NCBI GenBank assembly: GCA_031364845.1
Contig: JANLWX010000210.1
Span: 1 to 47,892 of the forward strand
DNA length: 47,892 nt
From: Candidatus Eiseniibacteriota bacterium
GTDB taxonomy: Bacteria; Eisenbacteria; RBG-16-71-46
Direction: 5' to 3'
Below are positions 9,290-18,390 of the stretch, piece after piece. The stretch's first letter is position 1; every line of letters begins with the position of its first letter. Under the pieces are notes generated by a model. It was not told the origin of the DNA, ran no database searches, and worked only from the letters and a program-made list of their open reading frames with translations. The translations under genes were made by a program, and so were the position numbers.

Positions 9290-9441
9290 GCGCGGCGGGA
9301 ATCCTTTCCGTTGCCGTATTCACGATCTCGGTGTCCGTGCCGTGGGCCGGAGACCGAGTGCTGTCACTCACGCCATCCGGGACACGGAAACGGCGGCCCG
9401 TGTGGAGCCGCCGTCACGATACTTCACGAATGTCACTCCGG

Positions 9442-10068
9442 TCAGACGTGCGTGTCGACCTGCACTCCGTTCCCGTTGCCATGCCCGTTGCCGTTGGCAT
9501 GAAGCGCCTCGTGGACGGTCACGGTCGGTTCCATGTTGGCCGGCGTGGCGGCGATCAGCACGCGCGCCGCCGTCGTCCCGCAATTCTCGAGCGTGTGGGG
9601 AGCACGGCCATCGTAATGGCACGAGTCGCCGACTTCGAGAGTCACCGCATGGTCGCCGGTCACGAATCGAATCCGTCCCGTCACGCACATCACGCAGACT
9701 TCGCCCTGTTCGTAGGGACGGTCGCCGCCGGTGGTTCCACCCGGGGGAAGGTCGGCCATCAGGAGCTCGATGTTGCGGCGGGGCTGGGCCGACAGGATCT
9801 CGACCGAGGAGCCGCTGGCTCCGAAGGTGAACTTCGTGCGTTCGCGTTCCCGGACGACGTGGGGCTTGGTGTCGTCTTCGACCACGAGGAAAGCGATCGA
9901 GGTCTGGAGTGCGCGCGCCAGATCCCGCAACGTGGCGAGAGATGGCGATGTTCGGTCGTTCTCGACCTGACTGATGAAGCCCTTCGAGAGACCACTTGCT
10001 TCCGCGAGCTGCTGGACTGTCAGACCGCGGCGGAACCGCAAGTCCCGTATTCTCTTACCGAGTTGCAT
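9442..10068 (-). CDS. XRE-family HTH regulator with C-terminal cupin domain
   Basis: LGKRIRDLR...LTVQQLAEASGLSKGFISQVEN...SPSLATL; cupin LEVGDSCHYDGRAPH; GGAGGT RBS before ATG 10068. Confidence 0.9.
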   Translation of the reverse strand: MQLGKRIRDLRFRRGLTVQQLAEASGLSKGFISQVENDRTSPSLATLRDLARALQTSIAFLVVEDDTKPHVVRERERTKFTFGASGSSVEILSAQPRRNIELLMADLPPGGTTGGDRPYEQGEVCVMCVTGRIRFVTGDHAVTLEVGDSCHYDGRAPHTLENCGTTAARVLIAATPANMEPTVTVHEALHANGNGHGNGNGVQVDTHV

Positions 10069-10127
10069 TCGCCTACCTCCGCAGGGGTTAGGAGGACTGA
10101 TGTCGTTTAGTAATGCTAAGCCAGATT

Positions 10128-11987
10128 TCATGGAGACGTCAAGAAACTTGCACGATCGGACGCATTTTGCCCGATTTCTTGCGAAGCTTTCGACGCCGGC
10201 CGCATGCCCCCGAGGTACTGCAATTCATAGAGCCGGGCGTAGATCCCGTTGAGCGCCAACAACTCAGCGTGATTCCCCGACTCCCGGATCTGCCCATGGT
10301 GGAGGACCACGATCCGGTCGACGTTCTGGATGGTCGAGAGCCGGTGGGCGATGACCAGTGACGTCCGGCCCTGCATGAGCCGGCTGAGCGCGTCCTGGAT
10401 CTGGACTTCCGTGTGGGTGTCGACCGAGGACGTGGCCTCGTCGAGGATCAGGAGCCGGGGTTCCCGGACCAGGGCCCGGGCGAAGGCGAGCAGCTGGCGC
10501 TGGCCGGCCGAGAGCGTGGCGCCCCGCTCGCGGACCTCGGTCGCATAGCCCGCGGGGAGGCGCTCGATGAAGTCGTGGGCGTGCACTTCGCGCGCGGCGT
10601 GCTCGATCTGCTCCGGCGTGAATCGCGGATCACCGAGGCTCAGGTTGCCGGCGATCGTGCCGGTGAAGAGGAACGCGTCCTGGAGCGCGAATCCCGAGCG
10701 GCGGCGCAGCTCGCGGATGTCCCACTCGCGCAGCGGGCGCCCGTCGACGCGGATCTCTCCGCGCTGCGGCTCATAGAAACGCAGCAGCAGGCTCGTGACC
10801 GTGGTCTTGCCCGAGCCCGTCGCGCCGACGATCGCGACCTTCTCGCCGGGTTCGACCGTGAACGAAACGTCCTCCAACACCCAGTGCTCCCCGGCATAGG
10901 CGAACCACACGTGGTCGAACTCGATGCGCCCTTCAAACGGGCGCTCCGGGTCGGGCGCTTCATCGGCGTGCGGGATCGGTGCCCGCAGCGCGGGATCCAC
11001 CGGCGTGTCGAGCAGGTCGAAGATGCGCTCGGAGGACGCCATCGCCTGCTGCAGGATTCCGTACTTCTCGCTCAGGTCGGAGATCGGGCGGAAGAACCGC
11101 TGCGTGTACTGGATGAACGCGACCAGGATGCCGAGCGTGATGCCTTCCCACATCACCTGGCGTCCGCCGTACCAGACGATCAGCGACAGCGCGATCGCGC
11201 CCACGAGTTCGAGCGCCGGAAAGAACAGCGCGTGATAGAAGACCGTCTCCAGATTCGCGTCGCGATGGCCGGCGTTGATCGAACGGAACTCGGCGTAGTT
11301 GCGCGGTTCGCGGTTGAGCTGCTGCACCGTGCCCATGCCGCCGAGGTTCTCGTTGAGGAACGCGTTCATCCGCGCGAGGCGCGTGCGGATGTCGCGGAAC
11401 GACTTGCGAACGCGGCTGCGGAACGCGAGCGTGACGATCAGGATCACCGGCAGCGTCGAGAACGCGACCGCCATCAACTCGAAGTTGAGGTTCGCCATCA
11501 TGATCACGATCCCGATCACCACGAACAGGTCGCCGAACACCGCGACCACGCCAGCCGTGAACAGCTCGTTCAGCACGTCGACGTCGTTGGTCACCCGCGT
11601 CATCACGCGGCCAATCGGATTGCGGTCGTAATACGCGAGCGGGAGACGCTGGAGGTGCGCGAACAACTGCAGGCGCAGGTCCATCATGATGCGCTGTCCG
11701 ACGCGCTGCATGATCTGGTAATGCAGATAGCCGAGCCCGAACCCCACCACCAGGACACTCAGATAGACCGTCGCCATCTCGTTCAGGAACTCGAGATTGC
11801 GGTGGCGGATTCCGTGGTCGATCGCCTGCTTGGTGAGGTAGGGGCCGGCGAGGCCGACCACCGCATCGAGCAGCACCACGCCGATCGCCGCGACGACCTC
11901 GCCCCGATAGGGACGCAGGTAGCCGAGCAGGCGGCGCATCAGGCGATGGTCGTACGCCTTGCCGTGCGGTTCTTCGTCGTGGCTCAT
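10128..11987 (-). CDS. ABC exporter half-transporter (TMD+NBD), heterodimer subunit with canonical Walker B
   Basis: GATGSGKT, LSAGQRQ, LILDEATS, IAHRLS. Confidence 0.92.
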   Translation of the reverse strand: MSHDEEPHGKAYDHRLMRRLLGYLRPYRGEVVAAIGVVLLDAVVGLAGPYLTKQAIDHGIRHRNLEFLNEMATVYLSVLVVGFGLGYLHYQIMQRVGQRIMMDLRLQLFAHLQRLPLAYYDRNPIGRVMTRVTNDVDVLNELFTAGVVAVFGDLFVVIGIVIMMANLNFELMAVAFSTLPVILIVTLAFRSRVRKSFRDIRTRLARMNAFLNENLGGMGTVQQLNREPRNYAEFRSINAGHRDANLETVFYHALFFPALELVGAIALSLIVWYGGRQVMWEGITLGILVAFIQYTQRFFRPISDLSEKYGILQQAMASSERIFDLLDTPVDPALRAPIPHADEAPDPERPFEGRIEFDHVWFAYAGEHWVLEDVSFTVEPGEKVAIVGATGSGKTTVTSLLLRFYEPQRGEIRVDGRPLREWDIRELRRRSGFALQDAFLFTGTIAGNLSLGDPRFTPEQIEHAAREVHAHDFIERLPAGYATEVRERGATLSAGQRQLLAFARALVREPRLLILDEATSSVDTHTEVQIQDALSRLMQGRTSLVIAHRLSTIQNVDRIVVLHHGQIRESGNHAELLALNGIYARLYELQYLGGMRPASKASQEIGQNASDRASFLTSP

Positions 11988-13732
11988 GACGCCCGGAGCT
12001 CTTCTTCGAGCTGCTGTGCGCGCGCGAGACGCGCGTAGCGTCCGCCCCTGGCGACCAGCTCGGCATGCGTCCCGCGTTCGCTGATGCGGCCGTCGTCGAA
12101 CACCAGGATCAAATCCGCCTCGCGCACCGCGCTCACGCGATGGGAGACGATCAACGTCGTGCGCCCGCGCATGACACCGCGCAGTTCGCCGAGGATCGAC
12201 TCCTCGGTCTGGGTGTCGACGCTCGAAAGGCAGTCGTCGAGCAGCATCACCGGTGAATCGCGCAGCACCGCGCGCGCGATCGTGACGCGCTGCTTCTGGC
12301 CGCCCGAAAGCGTGATGCCGCGTTCGCCGACGAACGTGTCGAAACCCGAAGGAAACGCCCGCGCATCGGCTTCGAAGTGCGCGATGCGGGCCGCGCGCGC
12401 GATGGTTTCAGGCGTCGCGGCCGCCACGCCGTAAGCGATGTTGTCCGCCACCGTCGCCGAGAACAAGAACGAATCCTGAGGGACGTAGGCGATCTGGGAG
12501 CGCAGCCATGCGAGATCGAGCCCGCGCACGTCGATGCCGTCGAGTAACACGGTGCCCGGCGGTGGATCGAACGCGCGCGACACGAGTGCCAGCACCGTGG
12601 ACTTGCCGGAGCCGGTGCCGCCGACGATTCCGACGGTGCCGCCGTGCGGAACCTCGAACGACACGTCACTCAGCGCGGGCTCCGCCGCGCCGGGGTAGGT
12701 GAAGCTGAGCGCACGGAATTCGAGGCGGCCGCCGCAGGCCGCAGGCACGACGGCATCCGGCGCGCTCGCAATCGAGGGCTCGACCTCGAGCAGCTCGGCG
12801 ATGCGCGCGAACGATGCGGAGCCGCGCTGGAACAGATTGACGACCCAGCCCAGTGCCACGACCGGCCAGTTCAGCATGCCGAGGTAGACCGTGAACGCGA
12901 CGAACTCGCCGAGCGTGATGTGCGCCGCCATCACCTCGCGCCCGCCGAGATAGAGCGCGATCAGTGCCGCGACGCCGGATAGGAACGCGAGCGCCGGATG
13001 GAAGACGCCGGACACGCGGATCAGGTCCGAGTTGCGGCGCGCGTAGACCTCGTTCAGCGCGCGGAATTCCTCGATCTCGTGATCTTCGCGCGCGAATGCG
13101 CGCACGACGCGCACGCCGGCGAGATTCTCCTGCACGCGCGCCGACAGCCCGGCGAACAGCGACTGGATCTCCTCGAACCGCCGGTGGATCGTGTCGCCGA
13201 AGTACCACACCGTGAACGAAACGATCGGCAGCGGCAGCAGCGAGAGCGCGGTGAGCCGCGGGCTGATCGCGATCATGAATCCGAGCGAGATCACGGCGAC
13301 GACCACGGTGTTGGCGAGATACATCACGCCGGGTCCGAGCATGAGCCGCACCGCCGACAGATCGTTCGTCGCGCGCGACATGATCTCGCCGGTGCGGGTG
13401 TGCTGGAAGTAACTGAGCGGCAGTCGCTGCAGGTGCGCGAACAGATCGTTGCGCAGGTCGAACTCGATGTGGCGTGAGACGCCGATCACGAGCTGGCGCA
13501 TCGCGAACTTGAACACGCCGGAGACGACGGCGATCAGGAACAGGATGAGCGCGTAGCTGCCGAGCTTCTCGGCCGTGACCCCGCGATAGAGATCGTCGAC
13601 CGCGTGCTTCAGAACCTGCGGCTGGCTGAGCGCGATGACATTCATCACCACGATCGCGGCGATGCCCCAGGCGAGGCCCGCCCGGTAGCGCGCAAGGTAG
13701 GGGAGCAGGCGGGAACGAAGCGAGCGCGACGT
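11984..13732 (-). CDS. ABC exporter half-transporter (TMD+NBD), heterodimer subunit with degenerate Walker B; start uncertain
   Basis: ORF 11984..13651; GGTGSGKS, LSGGQKQR, LLDDCLS. The frame stays open upstream through RLLPYLARYR with no ATG/GTG/TTG; an ACG at 13732 follows a GGGGGT SD-like motif. Confidence 0.85.
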   Translation of the reverse strand, partial: TSRSLRSRLLPYLARYRAGLAWGIAAIVVMNVIALSQPQVLKHAVDDLYRGVTAEKLGSYALILFLIAVVSGVFKFAMRQLVIGVSRHIEFDLRNDLFAHLQRLPLSYFQHTRTGEIMSRATNDLSAVRLMLGPGVMYLANTVVVAVISLGFMIAISPRLTALSLLPLPIVSFTVWYFGDTIHRRFEEIQSLFAGLSARVQENLAGVRVVRAFAREDHEIEEFRALNEVYARRNSDLIRVSGVFHPALAFLSGVAALIALYLGGREVMAAHITLGEFVAFTVYLGMLNWPVVALGWVVNLFQRGSASFARIAELLEVEPSIASAPDAVVPAACGGRLEFRALSFTYPGAAEPALSDVSFEVPHGGTVGIVGGTGSGKSTVLALVSRAFDPPPGTVLLDGIDVRGLDLAWLRSQIAYVPQDSFLFSATVADNIAYGVAAATPETIARAARIAHFEADARAFPSGFDTFVGERGITLSGGQKQRVTIARAVLRDSPVMLLDDCLSSVDTQTEESILGELRGVMRGRTTLIVSHRVSAVREADLILVFDDGRISERGTHAELVARGGRYARLARAQQLEEELRAS

Positions 13733-13846
13733 CGGATGACCCCCCGGTGATCCCTTGCGAATTACTGCGTCGCCGGAAACGGTCGCGGGACTTGGGCGCG
13801 GGTTGCCGGCGCTACGAAGCGGCCGTCGTCGTCCTTGCGGTGAGCG

Positions 13847-14722
13847 TTATTTGGTCCCGCCCAGGAAGCCCTGCAAACGGCCGAGCCCGGTTCTCTTGGT
13901 GGCGACGCCGGCGTAGAACTGATCGACGTGCAGCACGTTCTTGCCCGAAGCCGTGTGCATCGAACCCGCGAACACATCGAGATACTCGTCGACGCGATAC
14001 AGCACCTGCGGGCCGACGAGATGAGCCGTCACCGGCAGCGTCGCTTCATTCGACTCCATGCGGCCGCGGTAGGTTCCCGACAACAGCACCGACCGGCTCA
14101 CCCACCAGCCGAGATCCGCGCCGAGAAGAATGTTGTCCTTCGGATGTTCGGTGTCGACATAACGCTCGAGCTGGTAGCGATAGCCGCCCGCGAGCTGCAC
14201 GAACGCGTCGAGTCCTTCGAACGTGCGGCCCAGATGAACGAGCCCGATGGCTTCCTGCTGGCCGTTGCCGAGTGCAGGGACCAGATCCTTGTTGTAGCCC
14301 AGCGGCGCCTTCCAGTCGGCTTCGAGCGACAGCGCCGTGGATCCGGTCGCGAGCGCGTACTTGAATCCCACGAGCAGATCGGAGAGGCCGGTTCTCGAAG
14401 ACTCGACATCGGGGCGGAACTGCGTGGTGACGCTCTCGAACGGGATGTCGAACTTGAAGGAGAGGCGCTTCTTCCAGCCGAGTTCGGTCGACCACACGAT
14501 CGAGCGCGCTTCGCGCACGCCGCCATTGGGAAGCACCGGGCGCTCACCGCTGTCGTCGAGGTAGGTCTCGGTCGAGAAGAACCGGCCGCGGATGTCGCTG
14601 TGGAATTCGTTCGGGGACATCACCCACGGCTGGGCCGCCGCCGCTCCGGCGAGCAGCAGTGTGACGTTCGTGAGAAGACAGCACAGCAGCCACGGCGAGC
14701 ACTTGGCGATTCGCGCTCTCAT
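13847..14722 (-). CDS. Exported protein, probable outer-membrane beta-barrel
   Basis: Signal-peptide-like N-terminus (…LLLAGAAAA); amphipathic strands, GLSDLLVGFKY, ALGNGQ. Confidence 0.6.
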   Translation of the reverse strand: MRARIAKCSPWLLCCLLTNVTLLLAGAAAAQPWVMSPNEFHSDIRGRFFSTETYLDDSGERPVLPNGGVREARSIVWSTELGWKKRLSFKFDIPFESVTTQFRPDVESSRTGLSDLLVGFKYALATGSTALSLEADWKAPLGYNKDLVPALGNGQQEAIGLVHLGRTFEGLDAFVQLAGGYRYQLERYVDTEHPKDNILLGADLGWWVSRSVLLSGTYRGRMESNEATLPVTAHLVGPQVLYRVDEYLDVFAGSMHTASGKNVLHVDQFYAGVATKRTGLGRLQGFLGGTK

Positions 14723-14955
14723 CGGTGGATCGAAACCTCCTCCGCGGCGATCAGGCTGCGGACTTTCGTTGGGATCCCGGTTCAGGGTCGTGAACGGCGG
14801 AATCTATCCGCCGGACCCGGGAGGAAGCAAGGCGCCCCGCACGGGTGCGGCCGTTCGGGACCAGGTCCGTTACGACTGCCGCGTCGTGCTTCATCACGCG
14901 GGTCCGTTTGGATGAGTGCTTCGCCCGCGGGTCCTGCTGTGGCACGATCGCCGGC

Positions 14956-15957
14956 ATGTCCTCGCCGCCTGCGCTGCACGTGCTCGAGTTCAATCGATCG
15001 GACGACGGAGTCTGGAACCTTCCGGGCGAGTACGTCGACCGGCTGCGCGCCGCGTTCCCTTCCGTTCGATTCAGCGCGCCCGCGACTCAGGCGGAAGCCG
15101 ACGCGCTCGTGCCCGATGCCGACATCGTGTTCGGCTGGGCGGTGCGATCGGGGAACTTCGAGCGCGCCTCGAAGCTCAAATGGATCCAGGTCAGCGCCGC
15201 CGGCATCGGCGGGCTTCTGTTCCCCGCGATGGTCGAAAGCGACATCGTGATCACGAACGGCCGCGGCCTGCATGCCGCATCGATGGCCGAACACACGCTC
15301 GGCGTGATGCTGATGTTCGTGCGCAACCTCCACCTCGCGCGCGACGCGCAATTGCGCTCGCAGTGGGCGCAGGACGAACTGTTCGCGGGCGCCGCCGAGT
15401 TTCGCGAGCTGCCGGGGACCACGATGGGGCTCGTCGGGCTCGGCAAAGTGGGCACCGCGATTGCGCGGGGCGCGCGCGCGCTGGGCGTGCGCGTGATCGC
15501 CGTGCGCAGGCATCCGCAGGCGGGCACGGCGTCCGCCGACGAAGAGTGGGGGCCGGAGCGGCTCGACGAATTGTTCGGCCGCGCGGACTGGATGGTGCTA
15601 GTCCCGGCACTCACGCCTGAGACGCGCGGCATCGCCGATGCGCGGCGCATCGCGCTCATGAAACCGGGCGCGGTGCTCATTAATCTGGGACGTGGTGCGC
15701 TCGTCGACGAGCCCGCGCTGATCGCAGCACTCGAAGGCCGCCGAATCGCAGGGGCCTCGCTCGATGTGACCGGCGAGGAGCCGCTTCCTTCGAGCAGTCC
15801 GCTGTGGAAGATGCCGAACGTGATCCTCACGCCGCACATCTCGGGGCTGGGGCCCCGCTATTGGCAGCGCAGCATCGAGCTGTTCCAGCGTAATCTCGCC
15901 GCCTGGATCGAGCGGCGGCCGCTGGAGAACGTCGTCGACAAACGGGCTGGGTACTAG
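14956..15957 (+). CDS. D-2-hydroxyacid dehydrogenase (NAD-binding)
   Basis: GLVGLGKVG, INLGRGALVDE, LDVTGEEPL, TPHISG, NVVDKRAGY. Confidence 0.9.
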   Translation: MSSPPALHVLEFNRSDDGVWNLPGEYVDRLRAAFPSVRFSAPATQAEADALVPDADIVFGWAVRSGNFERASKLKWIQVSAAGIGGLLFPAMVESDIVITNGRGLHAASMAEHTLGVMLMFVRNLHLARDAQLRSQWAQDELFAGAAEFRELPGTTMGLVGLGKVGTAIARGARALGVRVIAVRRHPQAGTASADEEWGPERLDELFGRADWMVLVPALTPETRGIADARRIALMKPGAVLINLGRGALVDEPALIAALEGRRIAGASLDVTGEEPLPSSSPLWKMPNVILTPHISGLGPRYWQRSIELFQRNLAAWIERRPLENVVDKRAGY

Positions 15958-15971
15958 ATGAGGGGAAGTCC

Positions 15972-16622
15972 ATGAGCGGCACATTCGGAATCCTGCTGGC
16001 GGGTGGCGCGGGATCGCGTCTCGGCTCCGGAGCGCCGAAGGCCGACTTCGTACTCCGCGGCATGACCCTGCGCGATCGCGCGCTCAGCACGCTTGCCGCG
16101 GTATGCGACGAGATCGTGATCGTCTCGCCGCGATCTCGCGCACCCGCGGACGCGGTCGAAGGCGCGCGCTGGGTCGAGGACGAAGGTGTCGGCCCGCTGT
16201 CGGGCATCGTCGCCGGACTCAATGCCGCGGCCTTCGATCGCGCGATCGTGCTCGCCGTGGACTTTCCGATGGTGCGGCCCGAGTTGTTTCACGCCCTGCT
16301 CGACCAACTCGATCGCAAGAGCGCCAGTGCCGTGATGTGCTCGACTGCCGGTATCCCACAGCCGTTGGTCGCGGTGTTCGCACCCGCGGCGGCGGGCGCG
16401 CTGCACGATGCCTTCGAAGCGGGCGAGCGCTCGATCACGCGCGCCATGGTCGTGCTCGGCGCGGTGATCGTCGGCGACGAGTTCGTCGCGGCACACGGCG
16501 GCGGACCTGACGAGCTGCTGAACGTGAACACCAAGGAGGACGCTGCCGCGGCGGAACGCGCGCTGGCCGAACGCGAAGCGGCCGAGTCTTCGCGAGAAGG
16601 CCACCGCGGAGAACTTCCATGA
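15972..16622 (+). CDS. mobA: Molybdenum cofactor guanylyltransferase
   Basis: GILLAGGAGSRLG, GPLSGI, AVDFP, QPL, LNVNT. Confidence 0.8.
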   Translation: MSGTFGILLAGGAGSRLGSGAPKADFVLRGMTLRDRALSTLAAVCDEIVIVSPRSRAPADAVEGARWVEDEGVGPLSGIVAGLNAAAFDRAIVLAVDFPMVRPELFHALLDQLDRKSASAVMCSTAGIPQPLVAVFAPAAAGALHDAFEAGERSITRAMVVLGAVIVGDEFVAAHGGGPDELLNVNTKEDAAAAERALAEREAAESSREGHRGELP

Positions 16623-17863
16623 TGGCGACGGAACGCGCACTCGAGGCCCGCGCGATCGCCGTGCTGCGGCGCGTCGAACCGAATGCGCATGCCTTCTATC
16701 TCTACGACCTCGATGCGCTGGCCGCGCGGGCGCGCCGCTTCGTTGCCGCGTTCCAGGAGGTGCGTCCGCTCGCGGCGTATGCCGTGAAGGCGAACGGGCT
16801 GCCGGCGATCCTCGATTGCCTGAAGGCGGAAGGCGTCGGCGCGGAGGCGGGATCGCTCGGCGAGCTGGAACTGGCCATGGCCTCCGGCTTCGATCCTGCG
16901 TCATGCGTGCTCAACGGCAACGCGCGCACGGTCGAGGAAGCCGAATGGGCCGCGACACGCGGTGTGCACTCGGTGAACGCGGATCACGTCGGAGAACTCG
17001 ACGTGCTCGCCGCGGCGGCGGCGCGAACCGGACGACCACTGCGCGTCGCGTTGCGCGTGAATCCCGGCATCGAAACGCCAGGGCATGCCTACGTCGCTAC
17101 CGGACATGATGAAGCGAAGTTCGGCATCTCGCCTCGTGAGGCGCTGGAGGTGTGGGGCGCGCGCGATCGGTGGCCTGCGCTGGATCTCGGCGGCGTACAC
17201 ATCCACGTGGGATCGCAGTTGCTCGAAGTGGCACCACTGGAGCGCGCGGCGGCGGAGGCGATCGCCTTGAAGCACGCGGCGGCCGAGCGCGGCGTCACGC
17301 TCACGTGGTTCAACCTCGGTGGCGGCTTCGGGATCGATTACCGCGGCGGGCCGGAATTCCCGCTCGAGCATCACGCGCGCCGGATCGCCGAGCAGGTTGC
17401 AAACGTGAACGTTGAGCTGGTGCTCGAGCCCGGCCGCTGGATGGTGGCGCCCGTCGGCATGCTGCTCGCCGAAGTGCTGTGGATCAAGCATCGCGATGGG
17501 CGGCGGTTCGTCGTGCTCGGCGCGGGCATGAACGACTTCATCCGTCCCGCGCTCTATCACGCGCACCATCGCATCGTGCCGGTGGCTCCGCGCGCCGGCG
17601 ACGCGACGGCGGCGATCGTCGTGGGACCGGTGTGCGAGAGCAGCGACGTGTTCGAGAAGGCCGCGATGCTTCCGCCGCTCGAACGCGGCGACTGGCTCGC
17701 GATCCTCGACACCGGCGCTCACGGTGCGGCGATGGCGTCCAACTACAACGGGCGCGGACGGCTGGCCGAGATCGTTTCGCGCGACGGTCGCCTGGTGCGC
17801 GCGCGCGCCGCCGAAAGCCCTGCCGATCTCGGACGCAGGATCGACGATATCCTGAACGGGTGA
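16619..17863 (+). CDS. lysA: Diaminopimelate decarboxylase
   Basis: YAVKAN (PLP Lys), HIHVGSQ, NLGGGFG, EPGR, GPVCES, MASNYN. Confidence 0.93.
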   Translation: MMATERALEARAIAVLRRVEPNAHAFYLYDLDALAARARRFVAAFQEVRPLAAYAVKANGLPAILDCLKAEGVGAEAGSLGELELAMASGFDPASCVLNGNARTVEEAEWAATRGVHSVNADHVGELDVLAAAAARTGRPLRVALRVNPGIETPGHAYVATGHDEAKFGISPREALEVWGARDRWPALDLGGVHIHVGSQLLEVAPLERAAAEAIALKHAAAERGVTLTWFNLGGGFGIDYRGGPEFPLEHHARRIAEQVANVNVELVLEPGRWMVAPVGMLLAEVLWIKHRDGRRFVVLGAGMNDFIRPALYHAHHRIVPVAPRAGDATAAIVVGPVCESSDVFEKAAMLPPLERGDWLAILDTGAHGAAMASNYNGRGRLAEIVSRDGRLVRARAAESPADLGRRIDDILNG

Positions 17864-17882
17864 AGACGGGAGGCTGCGTTCG

Positions 17883-18344
17883 ATGAATCGATTCCCCGAT
17901 CTGAAGACCGTCGCCACGATTTCCATCGGAGTACTGGTGGGCCTCAGCGCATTCACGTTCCACTATGCCGAAGGGCTGTCGTACTTCAGCACCGACCCCC
18001 GAGCGTGCGCGAACTGCCACATCATGCGCGACCAGTACGATTCGTGGGGTCGCTCCAGCCATCACGCCGCGGCGACCTGCATCGAGTGCCACCTGCCTCA
18101 CGATCTCGTCCCCAAGTATCTCGCCAAGGCGCGCAACGGTTGGAACCACTCGAAGGCTTTCACACTGCAAGATTTTCCCGAACCGATCCGGATCACGAAG
18201 TGGAACGCGGAAGCGCTTCACGAAAACTGCATTCGATGCCACGCGGGGTTCGTCTCACATGTCGCCGCCGCAAATCGCGGCGGGGCGATGGACATGAATT
18301 GCGTCCAGTGTCACGCCTCCGTCGGGCACGGATCTCAACGCTGA
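17883..18344 (+). CDS. nrfH: Cytochrome c nitrite reductase small subunit (tetraheme NapC/NirT family)
   Basis: N-terminal TM helix; four CxxCH motifs (CANCHIM, CIECH, CIRCH, CVQCH); directly upstream of nrfA. Confidence 0.92.
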   Translation: MNRFPDLKTVATISIGVLVGLSAFTFHYAEGLSYFSTDPRACANCHIMRDQYDSWGRSSHHAAATCIECHLPHDLVPKYLAKARNGWNHSKAFTLQDFPEPIRITKWNAEALHENCIRCHAGFVSHVAAANRGGAMDMNCVQCHASVGHGSQR

Positions 18345-18390
18345 TGATTTCTTCCCAGTGTGCTCCTGCACACGAACCCGGAGGGCCATA

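Noticed and set aside
9442..9510. NGNGHGNGNG low-complexity tail on the XRE-cupin regulator
   Set aside because: Short microsatellite-like coding repeat with no evidence of function
10128..13732. Degenerate ABC motifs (LDD Walker B, LSAGQ signature)
   Set aside because: Normal asymmetry of heterodimeric exporters with one degenerate nucleotide-binding site
13732..13849. Stop readthrough fusing the OM barrel gene to the ABC exporter (same frame)
   Set aside because: The stop is TAA, not a recodable TGA/TAG, and an OM barrel fused to an inner-membrane exporter is topologically implausible
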